A stretch of 64,000 nucleotides of DNA from the human T2T-CHM13v2.0 reference genome, Homo sapiens: the NCBI RefSeq assembly GCF_009914755.1, contig NC_060926.1; one strand, given 5' to 3'. The notes under the pieces were generated by a model. That model was not told the origin of the DNA. It did no database searches and was given only the letters and a program-made list of their open reading frames with translations. A program made the translations under genes and the position numbers. Below, in pieces: positions 62,658 through 64,000 of the stretch (position 1 is its first letter; every line of letters begins with the position of its first letter).

Positions 62658-63766
62658 CAGTAACTAATCTAGTATATTTTCATAGGATAGAATTTGCCCT
62701 TTCTGTCCCATAATATGTTCCTCTTCCCCAAAAAGTTTTTTGTTGGTCTCTTTGGTAATAAAACATTTAGAGCATTTACTGTGGGCCAGGTGCTTTACCT
62801 CATGTTAGCCTTATAACAGAGATGCGGAAGTACAGGACTACCAGTGCAGCCAAGATGCACAGCACCAGGATTAACTCATGAGACTGATTAGAATGATGAA
62901 TATCTTATTGTATCCTGAAACATTAAGCCTTTAAGTTATCCCTTTATTTAGTATTTAAATTCACATGCTTCTTGATTTTTTTGGACTAGCATTAGTTGTT
63001 GAATAAATAAATAATTCAGAATGTATCCACAAAACCTAGAATATATGACAGGGTGGATTCAGTTTTGCTTAGTTACTGTAGATAAACCAAATAAATTAAT
63101 GTAAAGGGATATTAATGCATTAAGCAATTTTTTTTGACATAAATGAAGGGTTGTTTCCATGGGTAATATATTCAGAATATTAAAGATGAGTAAAATGTAT
63201 GACTATAATGAATTCCTTCTTCACTTTTACTCTGGCAAGGTGGGAGGAGGGTGCTGTTGATAATCTCTGTGCTTTTGCAAGTTTGGCACAAAGACTTTTA
63301 CTCACTTAAATCTCAATATAAAGTATATTGCCAGATCTGGCAGCATGGGGACAATTAGGAACAAAGGAGAGAGAATAGAATCAGCCATCAGGAGCTATAA
63401 CCACACTCTTCTTTCTCAACCTTTTCTGGTATTAGTAGGCAGAACTCCTTTTGGATGCGGTGAAGCATTTTATGAGTGAACAATGGTGAGTCATGTAATG
63501 AAAGGAGATGTTCTAGGAAAACTTTTCAGTCCCGCTCAGTGCTGCCATCTTTTTCTCCCAGCACTCTGGACTTAAAATTCTGAGAGAACAGGGTATTTCC
63601 CACCCTTCCTCTTACTTTTTGAAAGCAATACCTGAGTTATTAAGCAATCATTTAGACAGTATGAATAAACCAAAATTCACCTTGACACTCCATCCCCTAG
63701 AGGTAACCATTCTTTTCTAGTATATATTCTTCCAGACCTTTTTCCTGTGTATTGACTTTTAAATAG

Positions 63767-64000
<234 letters not shown>

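Overview
Mammalian (human-like) genomic DNA, matching by protein recognition the PRKRA-PJVK-FKBP7-PLEKHA3 cluster (human 2q31.2). It holds the first two coding exons of PRKRA (-) and three complete genes. I reconstructed those three exon by exon: PJVK/DFNB59 (+, 352 aa), FKBP7 (-, 222 aa ending HDEL) and PLEKHA3/FAPP1 (+, 300 aa), arranged as two head-to-head CpG-island promoter pairs. Introns carry about 29 Alus plus L1, LTR and DNA-transposon relics, and a NUDC processed pseudogene. Most notable observations: (1) the last exon of pejvakin encodes an H-C4-H-C-H zinc finger resembling the cysteine-rich domain of piggyBac-family transposases; (2) an unspliced ~250 bp piece resembling the LIN28A promoter/exon 1/intron 1 start sits inside an Alu in PJVK intron 4; (3) an L1-retroposed copy of a fully spliced HERV-W RNA lies between the PJVK and FKBP7 3' ends; (4) an Alu is flanked by a ~140 bp direct repeat; (5) a locally templated Alu-in-Alu insertion shows fold-back; (6) FKBP7 has a candidate poison exon and a NAGNAG acceptor. 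Homolog identifications are from memory of the families, not database searches. Repeat boundaries are approximate.
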